Shown one piece after another: positions 43,188 through 53,530 of a stretch of 64,000 nucleotides of DNA. The notes below the pieces were generated by a model, which saw nothing but the letters and a program-made list of their open reading frames with translations, ran no database searches and had not been told where the DNA came from. Where the stretch lies: the NCBI GenBank assembly GCA_963842945.1, contig CAWJIM010000016.1, positions 128,001 through 192,000 on the forward strand, given 5' to 3'. The stretch comes from an uncultured Gemmatimonadales bacterium. Lineage in GTDB: Bacteria > Gemmatimonadota > Gemmatimonadetes > Gemmatimonadales > GWC2-71-9. Both the position numbers and the translations under genes were made by a program. Position 1 is the first letter of the stretch. Each line of letters begins with the position of its first letter.

Positions 43188-43682
43188 ATGACGCAGCCCT
43201 TAGTAGGCATCGTGATGGGCAGCGACTCCGACTGGGACGTGATGCAGCACTCGGCCCGGCGGCTCAACGACTTCCAAGTCGAGTATGAAGCGCGCGTGGT
43301 TTCCGCTCATCGAACTCCCGACCTGCTCTACCGCTACGCCGAAGACGCCGCCGGGCGCGGACTGCGCTGCATCATTGCCGGAGCCGGTGGCGCAGCACAC
43401 CTGCCGGGCATGCTGGCGGCCAAGACGATTCTCCCGGTTCTCGGCGTTCCGGTTCCGACCAAACATCTCCAGGGGCTCGATTCGCTCCTTTCCATCGTGC
43501 AGATGCCCGCCGGCATTCCGGTGGCCACCTTTGCCATTGGCACCGCCGGCGCGGGGAACGCGGGACTCTATGCCATAGCGATTCTGGCGTTACAGGACCC
43601 CGACCTCGCCGAACGGCTGGAGGAGTTCCGCCGCTCCCAGGAGCGCCGGGCCCTCGACATGAGGCTGCCGGATCTCTCGTGA
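43188..43682 (+). CDS. purE: N5-CAIR mutase
   Basis: [36 protein letters not shown]. Confidence 0.97.
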   Translation: MTQPLVGIVMGSDSDWDVMQHSARRLNDFQVEYEARVVSAHRTPDLLYRYAEDAAGRGLRCIIAGAGGAAHLPGMLAAKTILPVLGVPVPTKHLQGLDSLLSIVQMPAGIPVATFAIGTAGAGNAGLYAIAILALQDPDLAERLEEFRRSQERRALDMRLPDLS

Positions 43683-44809
43683 TTCTTCCCGGCGCGACGG
43701 TGGGAGTTCTGGGCGGAGGGCAGTTGGGAAGGATGTTTGCCCTGCAGGCAAGGACGATGGGATACCGGGTCGTGGTGCTCGATCCCGATTCGAAGAGTCC
43801 GGCCGCGGCCGTGGCCGATCAGCACATCCGGACCGGATACGAGGACCCGAAGGGCCTGGACCACCTGGCCAAGCTCTGCGCCGCGGTGACGACCGAGTTT
43901 GAGAACGTGCCGGCGGGGGCACTCGAGCGCCTGGCCAATTCGTGCATAGTGCGTCCATCCGGCCAGGCGGTGGCAATAGCTCAGGATCGGATTTCTGAAA
44001 AGACCTTCTTCCAAAGCCACGGCCTCGCCACAGCCAAGTTTCGTCCCGTCCGAGATTTGAAGGAACTGGAAGCCGCCGTGATCCATGTCGGGCTTCCGGG
44101 GCTACTGAAGACCAGCCGGTTGGGGTACGATGGGAAGGGACAGATTCTGGTGACCGAAGCGGCGGCAGCGCGCGAAGCCTTTGCCCGGCTGGGGTCGGTG
44201 CCCTGTGTTCTGGAGGAGCGGGTCGAGCTCGAGTGCGAGCTGTCGGTCATCGTAGCCCGGGGCGCAGACGGAGCGCAGGCCGTGTTCCCGCTAGCCGAGA
44301 ATCGGCATCGTGACGGGATCCTGGACACCTCCGTGGTACCGGCCAGGGTCTCGGAAAAACTGGCTAAGCAAGCCAGCGCGCTTGTCACCGAAGTTGCCGC
44401 GGCTCTCGAATATGTAGGAGTGCTCGGCGTCGAGCTGTTCGTCACCAAGGCAGGAGAGCTGCTGGTCAATGAGATGGCGCCCAGGCCTCATAACACCGGA
44501 CACTACACGCTGGATGCCTGCTCAGTAGACCAGTTCGAGCTCCAGCTGCGGACCCTCTGCGGCCTTCCATTGGTCCAGCCCTGGCTACTATCCCCGGTCA
44601 CCATGATCAACCTGCTCGGCGACCTGTGGAACGGGGGCGAGCCCCGGTGGGAGGAGGCCCTGCGCCGACCCGGGGTGCGTCTGCATCTTTACGGTAAGGC
44701 AGAAGCCCGGCCCGGCAGAAAGATGGGTCACTTGAACTGCCTGGCCGCGACTGCCGATCAGGCCTTGACCCTCGCGCTGGAAAGCCGCAAGGCCTTGCGA
44801 CGCAACTAA
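43679..44809 (+). CDS. purK: N5-CAIR synthetase
   Basis: [47 protein letters not shown]. Confidence 0.96.
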   Translation: MILPGATVGVLGGGQLGRMFALQARTMGYRVVVLDPDSKSPAAAVADQHIRTGYEDPKGLDHLAKLCAAVTTEFENVPAGALERLANSCIVRPSGQAVAIAQDRISEKTFFQSHGLATAKFRPVRDLKELEAAVIHVGLPGLLKTSRLGYDGKGQILVTEAAAAREAFARLGSVPCVLEERVELECELSVIVARGADGAQAVFPLAENRHRDGILDTSVVPARVSEKLAKQASALVTEVAAALEYVGVLGVELFVTKAGELLVNEMAPRPHNTGHYTLDACSVDQFELQLRTLCGLPLVQPWLLSPVTMINLLGDLWNGGEPRWEEALRRPGVRLHLYGKAEARPGRKMGHLNCLAATADQALTLALESRKALRRN

Positions 44810-44828
44810 CAACTGAGGAGCCAGGATC

Positions 44829-45407
44829 ATGTTTTTTCTGCCCGCGCTTATGCTGGTCAGCCGCATCAGCGTCGCCTCACCTGCCGTAGCACATCCCGAC
44901 ACCACCTGCCCCCACCGAAATGTTCCGCTGGAGGCACGCAAGAGTCCGCTCGACTCACTGACATTCGGCGTCTCCGGTCAGCAGGTGAAAGTTTGCTATG
45001 GCCGCCCCAGCTCGAGGGGAAGGACCATGCTCGGCGGAGCGGAGGTGCCCTACGGGAAGCTGTGGCGAACCGGGGCCAACGAGCCCACCATCTTCTACGC
45101 GCCGGTTCCCCTGAGTGTGGCGGGTATTCGGGTGCAGCCCGGCGTATACTCGTTGTATACGGTGCCGGGGAAGAGCGAGTGGGAAGTCATCGTAAATCGC
45201 TCAATTTCCCAGTGGGGCAAAGAGGACCAGTACACCGACCAGGTGAAGGCTCAAGAGGTAGGAAGAGCGAAGGTGAAGAGTGAGACCACCAGCAAACCAG
45301 TGGAGACCTTCACCATCCGGAGCGAGCCCGGCGGTGGCAAAGCCGCGTCGCTGGTGCTCGAGTGGGAAAAGAGCCGAGTAAAGATCCCGGTGCAGGCCGC
45401 GAGCTAG
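44829..45407 (+). CDS. DUF2911 family secreted protein
   Basis: Signal peptide; YGRPSSRGR, VPYGKLWRTGANEPT, GVYSLYTVP, LEWE. Confidence 0.85.
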   Translation: MFFLPALMLVSRISVASPAVAHPDTTCPHRNVPLEARKSPLDSLTFGVSGQQVKVCYGRPSSRGRTMLGGAEVPYGKLWRTGANEPTIFYAPVPLSVAGIRVQPGVYSLYTVPGKSEWEVIVNRSISQWGKEDQYTDQVKAQEVGRAKVKSETTSKPVETFTIRSEPGGGKAASLVLEWEKSRVKIPVQAAS

Positions 45408-45419
45408 TTCGCCACGGCG

Positions 45420-46664
45420 CTATCGGGCGCAGAGGTCGCGTACACCGTCGATAAGCCGCTCGACCTCTTCCATGGTGGTGTAGCAGGCGCAGCCGGCGCG
45501 GACCAGGCCTTCGGATTGTCCCAGCCGCTGCGCCACCGTGGTGGCGTAAAAGTCTCCGCAAGACACGAAGACAGCCCGGTCCGCCAGTCGGCGCGCCACG
45601 GAGTCCGGGGAGCGGTTCGCCACTGTGAACGCCACTGTGGGCGTTCTCGGCTGGCCTGGCCTCGGCCCGTACAGGCTCACACCGTCGATCGACTCCAAGC
45701 CGGCCCACAGCCGCTGCAACAACGCCTCGCCCCTCCCGCGCAGCTCGGCAAAGGTTTGGGTCAGCCGGTGTCTCCGCGAATCTCCCTGACTGAGCGAGGC
45801 CAGGTAGTCCACCGCTGCGGCCGCGCCCACAATCCCCTCATGATTCAAGGTTCCCGTCTCGATTCGCTCCGGCACCGTATCAGGTGCGGGCAGTAGCTTC
45901 GGGACCTCGAGCGCAGCGAGGACGGCCTGCCGAGCGTACAGAATGCCGATATGCGGTCCATAAAACTTGTATGCGGAACAGGCCAGGAAGTCGCACCCGA
46001 TACGGCGCACGTTCACCGGCTCGTGAGGTGCGAGATGCACTGCATCCACGAAGGTCAGTGCTCCCGCATCTCGGGCCAGGTTGGTTGCGCGGGTGACATC
46101 ATTCACGGTCCCGAGCGCGTTGGAGGCGCCCCCGATGGCGAGCAATCGGGGGCGAGTGGCCATGAGAGCTTCCAGCCGGGACCAGTCGAGCTGTCCGGTT
46201 TGAGGAAGCATTGGAACCGTCGCAATGGTGACGCCGCGATCGCGCTCCAGGGCTTGCCAGGGCGCAATGTTGGCGTGATGGTCGAGCTCGGTCACCACGA
46301 TCGTATCGCCTGGGCCCCAGGATCGTCCCAGTGCGCGAGCCAGGTGAAAGGTGAGAGTGGTCATGTTGGCCCCGAACGCGATCTCGGTGGTGCCGGCACC
46401 AAGAAAATCCGCCAGGCATTCGCGGGCTGCCAGGATGAGCGCGTCCGTCTCCTCGCTCGTGGGATAGGGCCAATGGGTGTTGGCGTTATGCTGGTACAGA
46501 TAGGATTCCATGGCGGCCACCACACTCCGGGGTACCTGGGTGCCGCCCGGCCCATCGAAGTACGCTACTGGCACACCGCGGTGACGTCGCTCCAGAGCCG
46601 GGAAGGAAGCTCGGATTTCAGCCACGGATTGGGTTGCCAACGGGGGAGCTGTGACCGCGCTCAT
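45420..46664 (-). CDS. Cysteine desulfurase-like protein (class V PLP enzyme, VC1184 subfamily)
   Basis: YFDGPGGTQVP, LDHHANIAPW, ASNALGT, VDAVH, CSAYKFYGPH, ETGT. Confidence 0.88.
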   Translation of the reverse strand: MSAVTAPPLATQSVAEIRASFPALERRHRGVPVAYFDGPGGTQVPRSVVAAMESYLYQHNANTHWPYPTSEETDALILAARECLADFLGAGTTEIAFGANMTTLTFHLARALGRSWGPGDTIVVTELDHHANIAPWQALERDRGVTIATVPMLPQTGQLDWSRLEALMATRPRLLAIGGASNALGTVNDVTRATNLARDAGALTFVDAVHLAPHEPVNVRRIGCDFLACSAYKFYGPHIGILYARQAVLAALEVPKLLPAPDTVPERIETGTLNHEGIVGAAAAVDYLASLSQGDSRRHRLTQTFAELRGRGEALLQRLWAGLESIDGVSLYGPRPGQPRTPTVAFTVANRSPDSVARRLADRAVFVSCGDFYATTVAQRLGQSEGLVRAGCACYTTMEEVERLIDGVRDLCAR

Positions 46665-46840
46665 GCTGATCCTGTGATGGAGCAGGTTTACCGTGAGACC
46701 GGATGAGAAATCTTGCATGTGCCGGGCGTAACACCGTTGAACTCTCTGGCGCCCGAGACGACCTCAACGTACGTTCAACCCATATTATCCACCACCCTGC
46801 AGTGACCATCTTTCCACGATTTTTCTGCCTGGAGTTTCCG

Positions 46841-48328
46841 ATGGAGTGGCTTTGCCCGAGAGCGTTCGCCGGGTACACCGGACTGCTGTGTGCCCTGGCC
46901 GTGCTCGCCGGGTGTGGCGGGAACAGTACCGAGCCCAACGGTCCGGCGAACATCACTCTCGATCCACCATCCCTCTCATTTAACGCCCTCGGTCAGACCC
47001 AGCAACTCTCGCCGACGGTTACAGACCAACAGGGAAATGCGATCACGGACGCGGCAGTCACCTGGACCACCAGTGACCCGGCCGTGGCGAGCGTCTCATC
47101 CAGCGGTGTCGTCACCGCTGCCGGCAGTGGGTCCGCCCAGGTAACCGCCACGGCGGGTTCAGCCAGCGCCGTTGCGGAGGTCACCGTATCGCAGACACCG
47201 GCGCAGGTGGAAAAGAATCAGGGGGACGGGCAGACCGTGGTTGCAGGTCAACCGGTGCCGACGCCGCCTTCCGTCCTGGTGACGGACGCAAACCACAACC
47301 CCGTTCCGGGGGTCGAGGTGACCTTCCAGGTGACCTCCGGGCGAGGACAGGTGACCACGGGTGTGGTCGCCACGGACAACAACGGCATTGCCCAGGTGGG
47401 CAGCTGGAGTCCGGGCAGCAAAGGATCCAACGTTCTCACCGCCACAGCGGCGGGAGCCGGAATCTCGGGTAACCCCGTCACGTTCACGGCCACAGGAACC
47501 AGCGCTTTCGACATCGAGATCCAGTTCCTCAGCTCGGCAACGGCCAGTCAGCGCCAGGCTTTCACCGATGCTGCGGAGCGGTGGAGAGCCTGGTCACCGG
47601 AGACATCGAGAACATTCCGCTCCAGACCCTGGCAGACCATTGTGGCCAGGGCTCGCCGGCAGTTGAACCAGACCATAGACGACCTGCTGATCTTCGTGAC
47701 ACTCGAGCACATCGATGGACCGGGCGGAGTGCTCGGATCGGCCGGTCCCTGTTTCATTCGGAATTCCAATAATCTCAGCGTGCTGGGAGCCATGATCTTC
47801 GACAAGCAGGATCTGGCGAACATCGAGGACGCGGGGCTGCTGCAGGTGCTCATCCTGCACGAAATGGGGCATGTGCTTGGCTTCGGGAGCCTTTGGCCAA
47901 CCATGGGACTGTTGGCCGATCCGTCCTTGCCGCCGGCAACCGGTACCGATCCGCATTTCACCGGTGCACAGGCAATCACGGCCTTTAACCAGGTCGGGGG
48001 CAACGCCTATACCGGCGCCAAGGTCCCGGTCGAGAACACCGGCGGAGAAGGCACCGCAGATGGTCACTGGCGGGAGTCGGTCTTCATCAACGAGCTAATG
48101 ACCGGGTTCGTGGACCTGGGAGAGAATCCCCTGAGCGTTGTCACCGTGTCTTCCCTGGCCGATCAGGGTTACGTCGTGAACAAGGTTGGGGTCGACCCGT
48201 ACTCCCTGACTCTGAGCCTCAGAGCTCTGGGCGGACGGCACCGGTTCCAGCTGGGAAGCGATCTGCTGCGGATTCCGATCAGGAAGGTCGACCGAGCCGG
48301 ACGGGTGACTGGATACTTCCGGCGATAG
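46841..48328 (+). CDS. Lipoprotein with Ig-like (Big) domains and a leishmanolysin (M8)-like zinc metallopeptidase
   Basis: Lipobox LAGC; VTWTTSDPAVASV Big_2 repeat; HEMGHVLG, GHWRE, ELMTG. Two compensating frameshifts at about 47584 and 47662. Confidence 0.85.
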   Translation: MEWLCPRAFAGYTGLLCALAVLAGCGGNSTEPNGPANITLDPPSLSFNALGQTQQLSPTVTDQQGNAITDAAVTWTTSDPAVASVSSSGVVTAAGSGSAQVTATAGSASAVAEVTVSQTPAQVEKNQGDGQTVVAGQPVPTPPSVLVTDANHNPVPGVEVTFQVTSGRGQVTTGVVATDNNGIAQVGSWSPGSKGSNVLTATAAGAGISGNPVTFTATGTSAFDIEIQFLSSATASQRQAFTDAAERWRAWSPETSRTFRSRPWQTIVARARRQLNQTIDDLLIFVTLEHIDGPGGVLGSAGPCFIRNSNNLSVLGAMIFDKQDLANIEDAGLLQVLILHEMGHVLGFGSLWPTMGLLADPSLPPATGTDPHFTGAQAITAFNQVGGNAYTGAKVPVENTGGEGTADGHWRESVFINELMTGFVDLGENPLSVVTVSSLADQGYVVNKVGVDPYSLTLSLRALGGRHRFQLGSDLLRIPIRKVDRAGRVTGYFRR

Positions 48329-48340
48329 GATCAGCAGGAG

Positions 48341-48378
48341 AAAAACAAAAGGGACTCTCGGTCGGGAGTCCCTTTGTT
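48341..48378. terminator. Bidirectional intrinsic terminator between the peptidase gene and ssrA
   Basis: AAAAACAAAAGGGACTCTCG-GT-CGGGAGTCCCTTTGTT stem with T-rich tails on both strands. Confidence 0.85.
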
Positions 48379-48383
48379 GCTGA

Positions 48384-48745
48384 TGGAGGCGCAGGGAATC
48401 GAACCCTGGTCCGAGTAAGCTTCCAGAACCGCGTCTACGTGCGTAGGCTCGACTTCTTGCCGTCACTTCGGGGCGGTGCCGAGCCGACCTCCCCGAAGCC
48501 TATCTCCTGAAGATCTCGCCGACCGCGCCGGAGCGACGCGGCCAGCCAGCCCGGATTTGCGATTCGACGCGCGGCGCCCCAGGCGGGCTCCGTCTGCCGA
48601 AGGTGCGTAAGCGAGCTTAGCTCAGCTTACGCAGCCAGTGCCAGTTCAGTGTTGGCAGTTGAATCATTCCAGACGGTTTTACCAGGAACCTGGACCTGGG
48701 CACGCTGCAATTCCTTCATCAAACCCGTCGAAGCCAGTCGCCCCC
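48384..48745 (-). ncRNA. ssrA: tmRNA; tag peptide ANTELALAA* at 48656-48627
   Basis: 5' GGGGGCGACTGGCTTCGAC; 3' GACCAGGGTTCGATTCCCTGCGCCTCCA with G3-U70 alanine acceptor pair; TATTAT -10 at 48761-48756. Confidence 0.96.
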
Positions 48746-48759
48746 GGGTGGTGGAATAA

Positions 48760-48918
48760 TAGACGGACAGTCGGTAGGGACAGGATAGGCGGGACGGACG
48801 AGTAAGGCAGTAAGAAGGGCTGAGCAGTGATTGGTACCATATCACGTCTCACTGACGTGTCACCGGCTCATCCCCTTCCGCTTCCCGTCCTCCGCCCCTA
48901 CCGCCCCGCCGTTCCACC
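48760..48918. repeat. Purine-rich then pyrimidine-rich degenerate short-repeat arrays (GCGGTAGGG/CCCTACCGC-like)
   Basis: gacggacagtcggtagggacaggataggcgggacgg ... cccttccgc ttcccgtcctccgc ccctaccgc cccgccgt. Confidence 0.5.
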
Positions 48919-50302
48919 CGGTTCCGGCCGCTGCTCTTGGCCACGTACAGCGCGGCGTCCGCCTGGGCCGGCAGGTTGTCGAGGCTGCGGCTGGTCTCGG
49001 GGCAGGCGGCCACTCCGAACGAGGCGCTGAGCGGCCAGGCCGGCCCCGCCAGTCCCAGGGGTCGTTCCCAGCTTGAGCCGGATCCGCTCGGCGATCCGGG
49101 CGCCGAGCTCGAGGCCGGTGCCCGGCAGCCAGACCGCGAACTCCTCGCCGCCGATCCGGGCCGCGGCGTCGCCGGTCCGGATCTGCTCCCGGATGATCCG
49201 GGCGAAGTGCACCAGCGCCGCGTCTCCGGCGGGGTGACCCAGCGTGTCGTTCAGCCTCTTGAACCGGTCGAGGTCGGCGTAGATCAGCGCCCCGTCCCGG
49301 CCGTGTCAGGCGGAAGAGCCTCGTCGAGCCCGCGGCGGTTGAGGAGCCCGGTCAGCGGATCGATCGTCGCCGCGCGCTTGTGCTGGTCGGCCTCGAGCGC
49401 GCGGTCGATACGCGCGGGCCGCATTGCTGAGGGCCTCCATGATCTCGGCGCGCACCGAGCCGGTCGGCTCCCGGCCCGGCCGAGAGCCAGAGCGCCACGG
49501 CGCCGACCGGACCGGGTCCCGGCCATCGGCAGCACCAGGACGGGCTCGGGCTGCTGCCGCCGGTCGGCCACGACGCCGCCGAGGGGGTCGCCCTCGGAGA
49601 TGTGATGACTCGAGCTCGCCCGCGCGACCCGGGCGAGCTCGCTCTCCGGCGGGCAGCAACGTGTCGAGCAGGCGCCGGTCGCCTCGTCCCGAGACGCCGA
49701 TCACCCGCGACGTGCCCGCTCGGGCTGTCGTCGAGCGCCGCGACGACCACCTGCGCATCGAGCGATGCGCTCCAGCTGGTAGGCCAGCCGCAGCCCACGC
49801 TGCCCACCGACTCGAGCGACGCTTCCTGGGCTGCGCCTGGGCAGCGCGATGATCTGTGGCCGCCGGCGCACTCCTTCCAGCAGGCGGCGAAGGTCGTCTT
49901 CCGCCCGGCCAGGCGCGCCGGCCCGCCCCGTCGGGCAGCAGGAGCCCGACGGCCGCGCCGCCGCGCGTGGAACACCAGCGTGCCGCCCTCCATCCGCTCG
50001 GCCCCGCTCTGCTCCTGGTCCCGCGCCCGCTCCAGCCGGCGGTCCACGGCGACGATCTGCGCCACCGACAGCCGCTCCGGTCCACGATCCGCTCGGCCCG
50101 GGGGCCCTCTTCGCTCGGGATCCAGCTCGGCGATCCACACGCCCATCGCCTGGTGGGCGCGGCGCAGCCAGTCCAGCGCCGGATCCGGCAGCAGGTGCGG
50201 AGCCACGCCGGAGCGAGCACCCAGTGCCACTGCCGGCGGCCCAGGAGCCACCCAGCCACGCCGCACCCGCCAGCAGCGACCAGGAGGAGCCGAGGCCGTC
50301 AT
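48898..50302 (-). CDS. GGDEF diguanylate cyclase (multiple frameshifts)
   Basis: IDPLTGLLNRRG, DLDRFKRLNDTLGHPAGD (hand translation, about 49225-49280), ARIGGEEFAVWLP. Confidence 0.85.
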
Positions 50303-51236
50303 TCCCGGAGCCAGCCCCGGCGGCGGAACCAGAGGTAGATCACCAGGGTCACCAGCACCATGGCCGCCAGGACCGCCGGATACCCCAGCGCTGCGCGAGC
50401 TCGGGCATGTACTCGAAGTTCATCCCGTAGACGCCCACGATGAACGTGAGCGGCAGGAAGAAGACCGAGAAGACCGTGAGCACCCGCATGACCTCGTTGG
50501 TGCGGTGGGAGGCCAGCGCCAGCTGGATGCTGAGCAGGTTGTTGACGTCCTCCAGCAGCTCGTCGGCGTAGAAGTGCATAGCTCTCCGCGTTCTCCCGGA
50601 CGTCCTGGAACAGCGGCGCCGTCGGCTCCGAGCCGGGCACCAGCGCTGGACGACGTCCTGGGTCTGCCAGAGCAGGCGCTTGATCAGGGTCACCCGGCGC
50701 TTGAGGATATGGATCTCGTGCAGCGTCGCCGCGGAACTCCTGGCATCGCCGAACAGCGTCGCCTCGAACGCGTCGATGCGTGCTCTCGGCCTCCTCCAGC
50801 GGCTCTCGATAGGTCGTCGAGCCGCATTGAAGAGCTCGATCAGCAGCCGGGGCATGAAGCCCTTCCGCCGCTCGCTGGTTGCCCCGCGGATGGACCGCGC
50901 TCGTACTCCTCGCATGGCGCGTGAGCAAGGCTGGTCCTTCCGATGGATGGTGATGAGGAAATCGTCGCCGTAAGAAGATCGCGATCTTGCGGGTCAGCTC
51001 CTGCACCGTGACGCAGTCGGCGGTCCTCGTCGTCCAGGCCCGCAGGATGATGAACGTGTGGAGCCGAACCGCTCGAACTTGGGCAGGTGCTCGGGGTCGA
51101 GGCAGTCCTCCACCGCGTCGGAGTGCAGGCCGTACCGCTCGGCGATGTCGGTCCAGCTCCTCGCGGGTGCGGATGCACCACGTCGATCCAGATGAACGCC
51201 GGATCCGTGCTGCTGCAGCACGGTGCGGAGCGTCAT
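50299..51236 (-). CDS. corA: CorA family Mg/Co transporter (multiple frameshifts)
   Basis: [41 protein letters not shown] signature, WFRRRGWL. Confidence 0.88.
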
Positions 51237-51980
51237 GGGCGGCAGATCCGGCTGGCGGCGGCCGCGGCGCCGAACCCGTTGTCGATGTTGACCACGGTGA
51301 CCCCCGCCGCGCAGGAGTTGAGCATGCCGAGCAGGGCCGCGAGTCCGCCGAACGAGGCCCCGTAGCCGACGCTGGTGGGCACCGCGATCACCGGCACCGC
51401 CACCAGCCCGCCCACCACGCTGGGCAGCGCGCCCTCCATCCCCGCCACCACGATGATCGACTCGGCCCGCCGGAGCTGCTCGCCGCCGCCAGCAGCCGGT
51501 GCAGGCCGGCGACGCCCACATCGGTGAGCCGCTCCACCGGGTGCCCGAAGGCCTCGGCCACCACGGCGGCCTCCTCGGCCACCGGGAGGTCGCTGGTGCC
51601 CGCGGAGATCACCAGAATGGTGCCCGTCGGCCGTGCGCGGGCCGCTTCGCCGGCAGGTGCACGGTGCGGGCCAGCGGGTTGCCACGACCAGCCGGGAAAG
51701 CGCGCCGCAGCCGCTGCGGCTCGCTCTCGCTGGCGCGCGTGCCGAGGAACGTGCCGGTGGCCGCGTCGAGCCGCTCGCAGATGGCGACGACCTGGTCGGT
51801 GGTCTTGCCCGCGCAGAAGACCACCTCCGGCTGACCCTGGCGCAGGGCGCGGTGATGATCGATCCGGGCGAAGGCGAGATCTTCGAAGGGAAGGTGGCGC
51901 AGCCGCTCGAGCGCCGCCGCGGGGGCCAGTCGGCCCGCGGCCACCTCCGCGAGCAGGGCCTCGAGCTGCTCGGCGGTCAC
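51233..51980 (-). CDS. larB: Nickel-pincer cofactor biosynthesis protein LarB (PurE-like; frameshifts)
   Basis: [76 protein letters not shown]. Confidence 0.9.
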
Positions 51981-52963
51981 GCCACCTGGGCGACCGGCTC
52001 GAGATAATCGAGGAAGATCGCCTCGGCCTCCGCGATGGACTCGACCTGGAAGAGCCGCTGGCGGAGGGCGCTCGAGCCGTGCAGCCCTCGGGTGTACCAG
52101 CCGAGGTGCTTGCGGAACTCGATGACCGTCTTGCGGGTGTCGCCCTGGAGCCGGAGCGCCAGCCGGGCATGCTCCAGCGCCACCGCGAAGCGCTCCGGCC
52201 GCATCGGGCGCGGCGGCAGCGGCTCTCGCCGCCAGCAGCGCCTGCCCGTCGCGGAAGATCCAGGGATTCCCGAACGCGCCCCGCCCGACCATGACGCCGG
52301 CGCAGCCGGTGTGCTCGCGCATGCGCAGGACGTCCTCCGCGGTCTCGATGTCGCCGTTGCCGATCACCGGAATGTCGAGCGCCTCGACCACCCGGGCGAT
52401 CTCGTCCCAGTCGGCCTTGCCGGAGAACATCTGGGTGCGGGTGCGCGCGTGCAGCGTGAACGCCGTGGCGCCGGCGTCCTGCATCCGCAGCGCGATCGCC
52501 ACCGGGTCCCGCGTCTCCTCGTTCCAGCCGCTCCGGGTCTTGACCGTCACCGGCAGGTGGGTGGCGCCGATGACCGCGCGGATGATCCGGTCGACCAGGT
52601 CCAGATCGCGCAGGCAGCCCGAGCCGCCGTTCCGCTGCACCACCTTCTTGACCGGGCAGCCGAAGTTGATGTCGATGAACTCCGGCTGGTAGTGCTCGGT
52701 GATGAGGCCGGCGGCCTCCGCCATGGCGTTCGGATCGGCGCCGTAGATCTGGATCCCGATCGGCCGCTCGACCGGCTTCGAACTCCGCGCCTTCGAGGGT
52801 GGTCCGGATGCGCCGCCGGATGGCCTCGGAGGACAGGAACTCGGACATCACGACGTCCGCGCCCATCCGCCGGCAGATCTGCCGGAACGGCGCCTCCGAG
52901 ACCCCGGCCATCGGGGCCAGGATCAGCGGGAAATGCATGCGCGGACGGATAGGGCAACTGCAT
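51977..52963 (-). CDS. dusB: tRNA-dihydrouridine synthase B (frameshifts)
   Basis: [59 protein letters not shown]. Confidence 0.93.
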
Positions 52964-52998
52964 GGGGAGAAAATACTTGGCCTATCGATTGCGAGGCT

Positions 52999-53028
52999 TT
53001 GACACGTCATGCAGCGCCGATGTAGGTT
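52999..53028 (+). promoter_or_regulatory. Predicted promoter of the second EIIA gene
   Basis: TTGACA, 18 bp ending in TG, TAGGTT, 8 nt before ATG 53037. Confidence 0.6.
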
Positions 53029-53036
53029 GCCGGGCC

Positions 53037-53483
53037 ATGCAACTCAAAGATTTCTTCAGCCTCGACGCCATCTCACTCTTCGCTCCGTGGAAGCTCCAAA
53101 GACGAGATCTTGGCCGAGATGGTGTTGCTGCGAATCGATGAGCGGTCCGCCGGAACCCTGCTACGCATCCTTCAGCGGCGGGAAAATCTGGGCTCCACGG
53201 GAGTGGGACGAGGCATCGCCATACCCCACTGGTCGGTCGCTGGTGGTCAGCCGATTACGTCTGGCGTTCGGGCACAAGCGAGGGCATCGAGTTCCAGGCC
53301 ATCGATGGGCAGCCGGTCTTCAGCCTGTTCCTGATCGTCGCCCCGCCGCTCGAAATCTCGAATCAGTACCTCCCGTACTAGGGAAAATCGCACAGTTCGC
53401 CGGAGGGAGGACGTTCCCGACCGGCTCGCCGCCCTGCATCCCACGACGACTTCTTTCGCCTCCTGGAGGAGAAGGGGGTGTAA
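53037..53483 (+). CDS. PTS EIIA (Ntr-like) protein, heavily frameshifted
   Basis: [12 protein letters not shown]..., [34 protein letters not shown] in shifting frames. Confidence 0.8.
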
Positions 53484-53530
53484 GTAGCGCGGCCTGAGAC
53501 GTCAGATACAGAGGGATCTCCTGGCACCGA

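Noticed and set aside
44829..48384. Integrative element or prophage at the tmRNA 3' end
   Set aside because: No integrase and no visible duplicated ssrA 3' fragment; a normal terminator follows ssrA.
48627..48845. 72-aa minus-strand ORF ending in ANTELALAA
   Set aside because: It is the tmRNA tag reading frame extended upstream by chance.
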